Below are positions 46,950-58,179 of a stretch of 64,000 nucleotides of DNA, piece after piece. Where the stretch lies: assembly GCA_950097015.1 (NCBI GenBank), contig CATNEN010000003.1, forward strand, positions 3,658,001-3,722,000. The letters run 5' to 3'. A model generated the notes under the pieces. That model had not been told where the DNA came from and made no database searches. It saw only the letters and a program-made list of their open reading frames with translations. Source of the DNA: Macrostomum hystrix. Lineage: Eukaryota; Animalia; Platyhelminthes. The position numbers and the translations under genes are program-made. Position 1 is the first letter of the stretch. Each line of letters begins with the position of its first letter.

Positions 46950-47300
46950 ACCAAGTCATCAACAATGACCCTAACTAAATCAAGCCAAACTGTATCCCGA
47001 CTCAACTCATCAACAATGACCCTAAATAAATCAAGCCAAACTGTATCCCGACTCAACTCATCAACAATGACCCTAACTAAATCAAGCCAAACTGTATCCC
47101 GACTCAATTCATCAACAATGATCCTAACTAAATCAAGCCAAACTGTATCCCGACTCAATTCATCAACAATGACCCTAACTAAATCAAGCCAAACTGTATC
47201 CCGACTCAACTCATCAACAATGACCCTAACTAAATCAAGCCAAACTGTATTCCACTATATTCATCAACGATGACCCAAACTAAACTGTATCCCGACCCAC
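46950..47300. repeat. Minisatellite, 51-bp unit
   Basis: TCAACAATGACCCTAACTAAATCAAGCCAAACTGTATCCCGACTCAACTCA, about 6-7 copies. Confidence 0.95.
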
Positions 47301-48927
47301 AATCGCAATATCTAAAGGGTTAAGCTTTATAAAAAGTAAGACTAACAAAGAACATTAGCTTCTTTACTAAAATTATTTTTTATTTACTCACACAACAAAC
47401 TCGACAGCGAGGGGAAAGCGAAATCGCATCAGAAAAGAGACCAAGCTTCATGAAAAAGATCCATACAGGTTGGAGTTATGCCAACAAAAATAGCTATAAA
47501 ATAGATGGAGTGGTGAAGCTTAGTTAGCTTTAAAAAAGTACAATCCTTACCAGAAAAAAACCCGACAAAAAATAACTAGAGTATTTCCTATTTACATTCT
47601 TTGTTTGTTTATCATTTATTTAAATCAAACTTCCACACGGACGACAAAAAACAGAAACGTTAGACAAGAAACCTTTGAAGTTTAAAAAATAAAACGAACA
47701 CGCAAAGGATCTCCAGTTGACAATTACAAAGGATCTCCAGTTTAGATGCAGCTAATACATTAATTCGCGCTAAAGTTGTCGGGGTTTATTGGAAAAAATC
47801 GATACACTAAAAGATCTATTGGGTTTTGATCACTTACTCAAAAACTCTACTAGAAGAGAATGGCAGTACGAGTTACAAATTGAATAAAAACGCAACTATA
47901 TTTATATTGCAACTCCTGAAATTTATGTATGTCACAAATCGTGCTTGGGAATAAATATATGAAAAAAAGCTGAGTCAAACTTTTCATAAATATATTTTGT
48001 ATTGTATTAGAATAAAAAAACAATCAAATCGCAGGAAAGCTACACGGGCGGGTGCAAGTTAAAAACAGGTGACACTGACACTCAGAGGTGTACTGTTGCA
48101 TGGTCGTATGTCACAATGACAGTTTTGCCGGCACTCGATAGCTGCAGAATAAGCGGCAGAATAAGCGAATTGCTACTAGTAGCCTTTGAAAAGTATAACA
48201 AAAAACAGCAATTTTACTAGTAGCTAAGTAGTTATAAAATTCTTTATTTTTGTAGCAGAAAAGACTTTTTGTTTGGATAAGTCAAATGGACGCCATCAGA
48301 TTGCTGAGTAGAAGTTGTCTCTGTTAGTAGTATCTTCAGTATTTTTTAAGACTGAAACTCGAAACCAACTGTCTAATTTCGCTATCTTATAAGTACAAGT
48401 TTGTCTGTATTACCTAACAACCAACGTAGTAAACGTTCAGCTTTTAAAGCTTCGATTTCGTCTTTTTAATTAAGCGATTAATATTCTTAGTGTATTTGAG
48501 AATGTTCACGAATTTCTGTAACAAAATTAGCTTATGGATTCATTGTTCAACTTTATATTTTTGTGCTTCGGCAACTAACTTGCGCGAAGCGTTGAGTGAC
48601 AGGCAATGATTTAATAAGACAACAGAAAACATAACAAAATGGGCTAAATAGGAGTTGACCAAAAGACTGTTAATCTGCAATTTATCAATAAAGCTGGTTT
48701 AAAGATTTTTTTGAAGCAAAATCAATCGATTAATTGGTTCGTTTCATTTGTTAGTGGCAAAAAAGCGAGCAATAAACTAATTTAGTATACAATTTATCAA
48801 GCGACAAAGAACTACCTTTTTCGTTACAATTTAGTTTATTTCTGAAAAAATGAACTTTCTCTTCATTCAAGACTTTAGTATCAGCTGTCACTTAGCCGGA
48901 TGATAAAAACACTTTCTTCATTTACAC

Positions 48928-51861
48928 TTAGGTCTTGACTGGCCTGTGTCGCACGTCGCTGTCGTTGGCGTTGCGCTCCTCTTTATTAACCTCGGCAGCT
49001 TCCTGCTCCTCTTGGCTGCGCTTCTGATTGGACCGCTTCCTTTCGTACAGCAGAATGATGGCCACTAGAATGATAACTTCGGCTAGGATGCCCAGGAATG
49101 GCCATAGAGCAGCCAGGCGATCTAAGAGTTGAAAAAATAACGATTACTGATCGGGACTTGTAGCTAGGTGTAGCTAAGCGGACTCACGAATTGAACGTCA
49201 GGGGTTCGATTCCCGACACCACTGTACTAATCTCTGCATTGGTTAAGTTAACCCAGCTGTTAGTATATAGTATCTTATATATGAATTCTAGCAACCAGTT
49301 TCTCCTATACCCCTATTCTAATTTTCAACTCATCGATGATTGAACAAAATAATACCTTAGGAAAGGGGAATGCTGGTGCAATTAAGAGTTCGAAACATAG
49401 GCCTACATTCATGCTTTACGCAAAATCGTCGCCAATTTTTACCATAGACAAATAAACGTTCACTATACTTAGGATTTTTGTGAGAACCACTTGCTCAAAC
49501 TACTATCTTACCCTTAACCCTGAGCTTAATGTAGGCCTGGCCAATACCAGCATCGTTCTGAGCAGTACAAATGTACAATCCGGCATCTGTTTTCTTCAGA
49601 TCTTTAATTGTCAGAGTGGCATTGTTGGCGCTCAATGTGAAGCGCGAATCGTCCATATTAATGGTTTGATTGTCCTGCGGATGGATTTAATAAGACTTAT
49701 AAAATAATGACAACCCTGTAAAAAATTCGCCTGCTTCTTCGGCGGGTTTTTTGTGCAAAATAGGAGTGGAATCTCCCAAAATCCCCCCTATCTCGCAAGA
49801 GTTAAAGAAACCGCCCAGGAAGCAGCCGATGTAACCGTAAATTGTGCGGAAACCGCCGAAGAACCAGTGGCCCATGGGACAACCAGAGAATTATTTACGG
49901 GCGATTCCTCGGCGGTTTCTGAGCATGGAATCTTCCGAACTGGAGGATTCTTTGGGTGATTCCATTTCACCACCAAGAAGCAACGAGAAAACGCCCAGTT
50001 GGGTAGATTCTAAGCATGGAATCATCCGATTGGTATGTTTCCAGCGTTCGGCTGTTTCTTTTTCTGGAAACACCGCAGATTACAACTGGAATCACCCAAA
50101 GAAACATCCCTATTTTTAGCGGGAATACAAGACCTACAGAATGCAACATAAAAAGGGCTCTATAAGATAACCTTGCTCCAAGTGATGACAGCTTCCGGAT
50201 AGGCGGCAATGGTGCAGCTCTGCGTCATAGTGTCGCCTTCCATCGATGAGCGATAGTCTTTGTCGCTCATTTTAACGACCGGGGCGGCTGCAAGTTTATT
50301 TACAACATAGCTTGATTGAAAAATGTGCAACATGTAGCTAAATCGTTCAGTCCATGGACTGGAGGTCTGGGGGGTACAGCTCCCACCTAAATGACAATTC
50401 TAGCTAAAATTCGAGCAAACTAAAGACGCTTAGAGCCTGGAAGGTATACCCGGTCACTAGTCAAGGTATACCCGGCTACCAAGCTTGTCGTTATCAAGAT
50501 ATGAAAATTTTATTTTAGCCCGTTGTAAAGGGCTGTCAACAGTTTAGTCCATGGACTGGAAAAGCCACCACACCAATCAAAAATCATTTGCTGGTACTTG
50601 TTACACAGCCGCGTGAACTGAAGCCCTAGCAAATACAGCGCTATACTCAAGGACACCAATTATTTTTCATATTGTATCATACTGAAGCCGCTAACTAGCA
50701 GGCTGCAAGCGATTTTTTAACTTACTCATCACAACCGGATAGAAAGTACCATTGTTCTCAATCGCGCACTTATATTTTCCAATGATAGATGCGGCTTTAT
50801 CGGCAAATTTATTGAAGACAAACTTGGCGGTACGCTGGATGCCAGACTGGGCCACAGATTGTGTGCCAAAGTCCTGGTCAACACTGAAGCTCGTGCCATT
50901 AGCCCAGGACCAGTGCACTGCCACACTAGCAGATGTGGTTTCAAACAGGCAACTAATAAATGGATAATTATCGCCATCCACGGTTGAGTTGAAGACGCGC
51001 GTTACAACAGACACTTTGGCACTGCTCGAGTCCAATTCGACCTCTTTGGTAGTGGCGATTGTTGGCAGTGTAGCATTGGTGTAGTTCACTACAAAGCATG
51101 TTGGGGTGGTTGGAACATTAAGTTATTAATGGTATAAAATTTGAGAATTGCAATTTAATAACCAAATACCACAGAATATAAAAGGAAACAAAATAAAGAT
51201 GCTATCTAAAGATTTAGCAAACAAAATTAGCACGCTTTAGCATTTTAACTACAGTCAAATCCGTTTAACTATTTCGTGTAACAGGTAAGGTCACAATGCA
51301 TTTTCTAATTACAAGACTACAATTAATAATGTAAACACGATATACATATACAGAATAGATAAGAAAAAAGGTAGTACCAAGCAATCAGAATAGCAAGCTT
51401 ATTCTGTTCCACCATATAAACATGCACAGTGCATTTCTAATAAATAATACTCAAAAATACAACAAATTAGAACACGTATTAAACAAAGACGCAACCAATT
51501 ATCTTACCAAGTTTAAATAAGTACAGATATGCAATTCCCGTCTTAGCTTTAGATGCTGACATACAGGTAATTTTACCAGAATCATTCAAATTTAACTTTA
51601 GAATTGACACAGTCTGTTGGAAACTGCACTCATTTGAAAAGCTTTTAGTAAGATTTTCTGTCTCATAGAACTTGAAATCGTCATAAGCTTGAGATTTTTT
51701 GTAAGTCTTATTGCCACGCCCTTCCATAATGAATTCGAATAAATTGCAGTCAGTGCAGGGCATAGAACAAGTTCCACTACAGGTCACATTGACAACTAGC
51801 TCTTTGTTCCATTCTACGTTTTGCTGTTTAATATTAACTTTCAAACCGACTTCAAGGACAG
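48928..51861 (-). CDS. Basigin/neuroplastin-family Ig membrane protein, three Ig domains; 5' end uncertain
   Basis: Exons 51508-51861, 50726-51088, 50172-50287, 49512-49674, 48928-49121. TM RLAALWPFLGILAEVIILVAIILLYERKR with the intramembrane Glu typical of the family; DSGKITC, GKYKC, DAGLYIC. Possible upstream micro-exon 51941-51970. Confidence 0.88.
49153..49262 (+). mobile_element. SINE family A, 5' fragment
   Basis: GGGGTTCGATTCCCGAC and ACCCAGCTGTTA. Confidence 0.7.
49714..50123. mobile_element. Putative EnSpm/CACTA-type MITE in an intron
   Basis: Imperfect TIRs CCCTGTAAAAAAT / ATTTTTAGCGGG, flanked by AA on both sides; internal AAACCGCC-type repeats in both orientations. Confidence 0.55.
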
Positions 51862-52307
51862 CTAAAATTGGCAAAGGAACGAGAAAGACAAAATTAAAGT
51901 TTTTATTTAGGTAGACACGCTTAAAGTTCTCAGACATTACCTTGTATAGAAAGAGAATTTACATTTAAAACTGTAATCACTTCCATATTATTAAACATAA
52001 AAATTCATACTTAATCAAGTACATACAATGGATTGCAGAATCTAGAAAAGCACTAAAAAGGATAATTTATTTTACAGCCCTAAAAACACTAACATTTCTG
52101 TTTTGAGACATTCTTTAATAAATGCTTGAATCACTATTGTAATGAACAAAAAGAAAGTAAATACCTTGACCATATAATAAGATGTTTTTCAATTTGGCCC
52201 TAAATGAAAAAAAATAATGAATAACAACTGAATTAATATATAATTATAACTTATAATATGATACTTCTTATTTATCAATTTTTATTAGAATTATTAAAAT
52301 GAATGAA

Positions 52308-52532
52308 CAGTGGCGGCGCAGGACCTCCAGCTGGGGGGGGCGGTGGTTGGGTAGTCACCCCCCCAGCCACCAAAAAAAAGTCTCAGGTGACCATCCCCAT
52401 GCCCCATGGGGTGACCACACTTTTGAAAAAAATATGGTAAAGTACCATTTTTTTAGTGGGTGGTCACCCCCTGAGGGTGGTGAGGGGTGGTCACCCAGGG
52501 GCAGCCCGCCCCCCCCCTGCGCGCCGCCACTG
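52308..52532. mobile_element. hAT-type MITE
   Basis: TIRs CAGTGGCGGCGC / GCGCCGCCACTG; 8-bp TSD TGAATGAA (52300-52307 and 52533-52540); GC island in AT-rich DNA. Confidence 0.92.
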
Positions 52533-54153
52533 TGAATGAACTATGTATTATTGAAGAGTTCACTACTGAGCTCTATTGAAGAGCTCAGAACAAGAATCTA
52601 GACTTCTTAAAAAATTACTAGTTAGCTTTTAACATTTTTCTATGAAAATGTAAACTGGAACTTACTAGCATACCTTGAAAATTGGTTGTTTCATCTTGTT
52701 ACTTCTTTTGCTTTACATTTAAGCAAGCTTGCAAGCAATTTCCAAAAATGACATATAAACAATTGACACTAAATAACATTTTTAGTTGTTACAAAACATT
52801 GTAAGTTCTACAATTATCAAAACCAACACTTTACTAATCACAAAAGATAAAAACTATGACTAGAAAAGAATACACTAGCTTTTGGTATGAGGATTCTGAT
52901 AAAAAGGATTTAAATTTGCCATTCTGACTTAAAGACTGAAGTTAAACAAAAGATTAAGATGTTTTACAAAAAAATCAATTAGTTAAGTATTCTTACGAAG
53001 CATATTCTCTTTGGTAAGCCATACCTAGAAAGGTGTCCATTGGCAAGGCTAGGGTAATGTATCATCAACCGAACAGTGTATCTTCAAAACCGAACAAGAA
53101 TTTTGACTCCTTCCTTGGTCTCATGCAAGACAGAAACAAGCTATTGTGTTTCACAGAACAACTAATTTGAAAGTTGAAGAAATTATCTACAAGCTGAGGC
53201 ATGATGTGCAATGAAGCAATAAGAGGGAAGAAAGATATAGATGTTTCAGTAGAAATTTTTATTGCAAAAGCATACTTTTTAACAACATTTTTTCAGTATG
53301 TACTTTAGACGAAGATTGTATGTGGTTGCTTGCCAATTAAATGACCATAAATGTAGTTATTTATAGAACATGAAAAATGCTTTCAAATGACATAATTCAT
53401 GATAGTTTACTCCTTAAAATAAGATTAAACCACTCACTCAGATTATAAAACCAAACATCAAATTCTCTGTTTGGTTTGAAGATACATGAAAATCATTGTT
53501 CAGTTTTAGATAAAAAGCAGGAATAACTTTTATTCTATTTGACAAAATAGCAATAAGTAGATACTTTTTAGAAAGATGTAACTATTTTCTATAACTTGGC
53601 TTTTGATTTATCATCATATCTTAAATAGAAAATCTGTAGCTTAAGTTTGAAGTTAAAAAAATACACATTCTTGTTTGGTTGATGATACATTACCCTATTC
53701 CCATACACATTTTGCTTTTAAAATATGTTTTAGCTTAAAATATTCCTAAAAATGTCTACACAAATTTGTAAACTCCTGATTCAAAATTAGAGTAGCTATT
53801 GGCAACCATAAGCATCAGTGTAAGCGTAACAGCCTAATATAATTTAATTTAGCATTATTTTGAATGTTTTAATTTTTTAAAAGACTTAACTGTTCAACTT
53901 TTTAAGATTGTTTTATTTGTAAATTTGTGAAAATCTTTATATACTAAGTGCATTTGGTAGATGCACAGCTAATAATAATTTACTTATATTCAAATTAAGA
54001 ATATGATAGGGAAATGACTTTGGCAATGGTAAGGAAATATACTTTCTGTTAGACTAAACTATAAAATCGCGCATTGATATTTTTTTGAATTTTTTAAGAA
54101 TTCTTTAGCTATTTAGCTATGATTACCCAAATAATTATTGCAATATACATAGC

Positions 54154-54442
54154 CATACATGTGCAACACCCGGCCGACCCAGCCGACCCGGCCGAACCGG
54201 CCGGGTGAAACGAGGGCCAAGCAAGGTAAGTCGCAAAAACCAATAGACCAAGCGCAAAAAATCAAAGGGGGGACCAAGGGACAAAAAAGGAAGGCGTGAA
54301 GAAAAGGAAAAAGGGGAGAGAAAAAGAGAGCAAATGAGAGCAAACTAAGTCGTAAATAGAGCAATGAAATGAACTAAGTCGCAAATGAGAGCAAAAACTA
54401 AGTCGCACTGCCGGCTAAGATTTGGGAGGTTGCGCATGTATG
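54154..54442. mobile_element. MITE with 8-bp TSD (hAT-like)
   Basis: TIRs CATACATGTGCAAC / GTTGCGCATGTATG; TSD TACATAGC (54146-54153 and 54443-54450). Confidence 0.88.
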
Positions 54443-54935
54443 TACATAGCTACAATACAGTCATACCTATTCTTTCATTTAATGAGTAGGCCTATAGTCT
54501 AGATTATAGCATGGTGTACAAACGAAAATTTAAATATTTTATTTATATGTCAAGAACTATTTTTTGTAAACCATCTCATGAAAATTTTGCTTAATTGTAT
54601 ACACATATGCAAATTCTAAATAAAAGAAAAAACTAATTAAAAAACTAAATCAGAAAGCAAAAAAAGACTATAAAATGTTTTAAATATAAAATAATGATGT
54701 TTTTCTTTTTTACTATATGCATAATAATAACTATTGAGATTTATTTGATTAAAATTTCTATATATATAGTTTTACCTAATTCTCATGAGCTTATAAAATG
54801 CTCCTATCTTATATTAAAAAAGCAAGACTTCTTTATTTCTTTGAATAGTCATGTAAGTTCACTTGGCTTTTGCATATACTAAATTGATATCTATATGGTC
54901 TTTACCATTATAAACCTAATGGTAACCAAGTAAAA

Positions 54936-55230
54936 GGGCAGATAGCTCAGTCAGTAAGGTGTTGGACTCTGGATCAGATGGTCCTGGGTTTGACTCCCAA
55001 CCTAGTCTAGAACTATTCGTGCAGCCCTTGGCAAGCTGCTTTGCCCTGATGTGCAGAGTCTACTCAGCTGCAAATGAGTGTTGCCATTTCATCGGGTAAT
55101 AATAATTCCAGCTGGCGTGAGAGAGCCGAGAGTACAATAGGTGTGCAGTCCCCACCTGCTACGGCTGCTAGTATGCTTGACACAACACCTGCACTGGCCA
55201 TTGGGTCTAGTGTCATTATTATTACCATTA
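54936..55230 (+). mobile_element. tRNA-derived CORE-like SINE, third family
   Basis: TAGCTCAGTCAGTAAG A box, GGTTTGACTCC B box, CCTTGGCAAG...CAGCTGCAAATG core, GGTCTAGTGTC(ATT)n tail. Confidence 0.75.
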
Positions 55231-55415
55231 TGGCTCTATTGACTATCTATAGCGAGGTTAAGACCGGTTTCTATGCCAACTTGATTTACACATTTGAATG
55301 TACATTGAGTTTATACCAACAGCAATTGAAGATCTAAATGTATCAAAAAAAGTTTGGTGTAGAGTCCACTTTTTTGACTGTTGAAGTGGGCTTATGTCTA
55401 TGATAATGTTATTCC

Positions 55416-55887
55416 GGCAATATTCTACTTCCGTTCGTTATATTATTTTTTCGTTTGAATTCGTGCCACACGTGCATTCTGAGTTTGAAAAGTTGTGCTG
55501 ACGTGGCTTTGCCGTGACTTGACACTTGGATCTATGTCTATGGCAAAATCTGGCAAATATGGGGAAACAGGAAGCTAAGGCACAGAATTCTGCAGCTGAA
55601 GATTATGCGAAGGCCAAGCTGCATCAAATGCATGGCACGAGTGCTGCTCTATTCAAAAGCCACCTCAAAGAATTCTTATGGCGCTGTCTATACCCCAAGA
55701 ATAGCTCCGGTCACCTCCTCTACTAGATTAGGCACTTACCTGGTTTGAAAGAAGAAAGACTGACCAAGACTTTTCAGAACTGTCTGACCAAACTACGACT
55801 TTTTGTTACCGTTAAACTTGTTTTTTTGTCGCTATCTGTCGTTTGCAAACAAAAAAATAATATAATGAACGGAAGTAGAACATTGCC
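55416..55887 (+). mobile_element. Non-autonomous Merlin (IS1595-like) DNA transposon
   Basis: ~42-bp TIRs GGCAATATTCTACTTCCGTTC... / ...GAACGGAAGTAGAACATTGCC; 8-bp TSD GTTATTCC; internal transposase remnant AKLHQMHGTSAALFKSHLKEFLWR. Confidence 0.88.
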
Positions 55888-56889
55888 GTTATTCCTACAG
55901 CCAGCAATACACTCAATTAAACCAATAAACTATGAGCACTTTATCCATAAATGAAAACAGAAAATCTAACACCAAGAAGACAATTTAAATTTAATTACTT
56001 ATCACAAACTGACCATATTCTTTTACTTTGTTTTCTAATTTCTCAGTAGCTATAACTACATGTATCCATAGGTTTCATCATTCTTTTTGATGTTTTTGTA
56101 CCCACTTTGTCTGATTTGAAAATTCAACTGTTAAGCATTTTACTCCTGTACAATCAATTCAAACATTGATACCTTTTATCACCATTTATTTATACCAAGA
56201 CAAGACGTCCTGAGTCATATTAAAAAAAACTCAATAAGTAAAAAACTATTTCCACTTACAAATCGCAAATGCCTTGCTCAGAATAATGCTTGCGATGCAG
56301 AGAAGTAGAATACTCTTCATTCTTAATCTATAAAAAGTACTTTCAGCGTAAAACGACAGATACTTATTAATAATATACCAATTTACATACAATTTTAATT
56401 ATGGAAGCAAGGAATAAGTGACCAGTGTCATGTAGTTCAAACATAAAAATAAGCTTGTAAGGTTTAATAATTATTCACTCAGCCTAAACTTTATTTTAAT
56501 ATTTGAAATACTAAAAACTAGAAGCATATACATATAATTTTTGAGAAAGTGGAAACTTTGTTTGATATGTGTGTAACGACAATCGTAAAAAATGAAGACA
56601 AAATTAAAGCCGTAAAAAATTACTACTTTAGATGAGATAAAACGCACGTTATAAAACACTAGTATCTCAGCTGTTCAATGTTTATAATTAATATCTAAAC
56701 CTAATTGCTATGGATGGTTGGATGGATGCCCTTGTACCTAATAAATAAATTAGGTTTCTCAATTTACAAACTTGCATATTCAATACTTTTTTAGAGACAT
56801 ATCTTTTAGTAGTCGATTAAAAATAGCTTCTAAACAATTATTTAATTAAGTGGCTGTTACACGAACATAATGCATTATAATTTGCTACT

Positions 56890-57552
56890 TGACTTAGCGG
56901 CAGGGGGCCTCCATGACGGACGCAGCGAGGAGGCGGCTGGTGCCGCCCATATCGCTAACCCCTGGCAGCCAGACGGCCTCCAGCGAGGCGGTGCCGCTCA
57001 GGGTGGTCCGTCGGTCGGTTCCGCCGCGCGATCTTCCTCGCCATAGGCTGGGAAGAAATCAGCTCGGCCGGTATCCCGGAGGAAGTGGGCGAGCTGTGGG
57101 ATGTTCTCGGGCGAGCAGGCTTCGGCAAGAGTCGGTGCCGGCCCGAGGTGCTTTAGCCTAGCCCGGGTGAAAGCCGGGCAGTGGCAGATGAAATGCTCGG
57201 CGTTTTCACGGCCGGAGCAGCAGAAGGGACACGTTTCCTCAGGCACGTGGCCTTGGAGGTAGCGGTGTCTGGTGAAGCAGCCATGTCCCGAAAGGGCCAT
57301 GGTGACTGCTCTCAGGTCTCTGCGGTTTAGCCTGAGTAAGGCCTTACGCAGGTTTCTAGAGGGGGTTGGCACCGCAGCCCTGGACTGGCGACAGTTCAGG
57401 GTGCTAGACCACCTCCTCCGGTGCTGGGTCTCCATCCAGTGGTTGATGCTGGAGTTGACAACGGAGATGGGGATCGGGGATTCCGGGCCCGGGCCCATCA
57501 GGGAGCTGGCTGCTCCAGCCTTTGCAAGCTGGTCCGCCATCTCATTCCCTGT
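56890..57552 (-). mobile_element. 5'-truncated LINE 3' end (RNase H end plus CCHC knuckle; Loa/I-group-like)
   Basis: GNEMADQLAKAGA, LSGHG, CPFC...ENAEHFICHC; GC-rich block with sharp edges. Confidence 0.88.
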
Positions 57553-58179
57553 GAGCCCTATAATTTGCTATGAAATGCAAGGATGTGCTATGAAAAGTGT
57601 GGCCTTTTTGCAAGTGGTATATTTTTTATAAGTTAGAAAGCTGAGATTCACAATCTGAAAAGGGGATAAATTTATATATATAAATTTGCTTTTTGCAGCA
57701 AAAGTTTTTTTAATTTGGCGTTAGAATTGTTCTATAAATCAACAATCGACTAAAGTTTTTTATTTCAATGCTAAATTTCGTAAAATAAAAAAAGAAATGG
57801 AAAACATTAGGTAGTATATACGAACATCAAAAATCGCAATTCGGCTTGAGCTTGAGCTTGATTGGGACTTCTGACCGAGGGGTACGAGTTCACTAATTGT
57901 TATCAGCTTTAGCTAGCATGCTGAATACTAAAAAGTTATAATATACGAGTATATATATTTAGAAGGGATTAGTTATAGATCAGAACCCAGTCCATGGACT
58001 GAACAGCTGTACGCAGCTTTTATCACAACAGCTGCTGCTGTGCTAAAATCAAGAAGTAATTTGTATGAAAACACAGCTAAGCAATCAGAGGTTTTTGTTT
58101 TCGGAGTGCAAGAAATCTTTCTCCTATATTCAGCGTTCAATTTCACTGACCAATCCCAGCAGGCGCACATGTGCTACAA

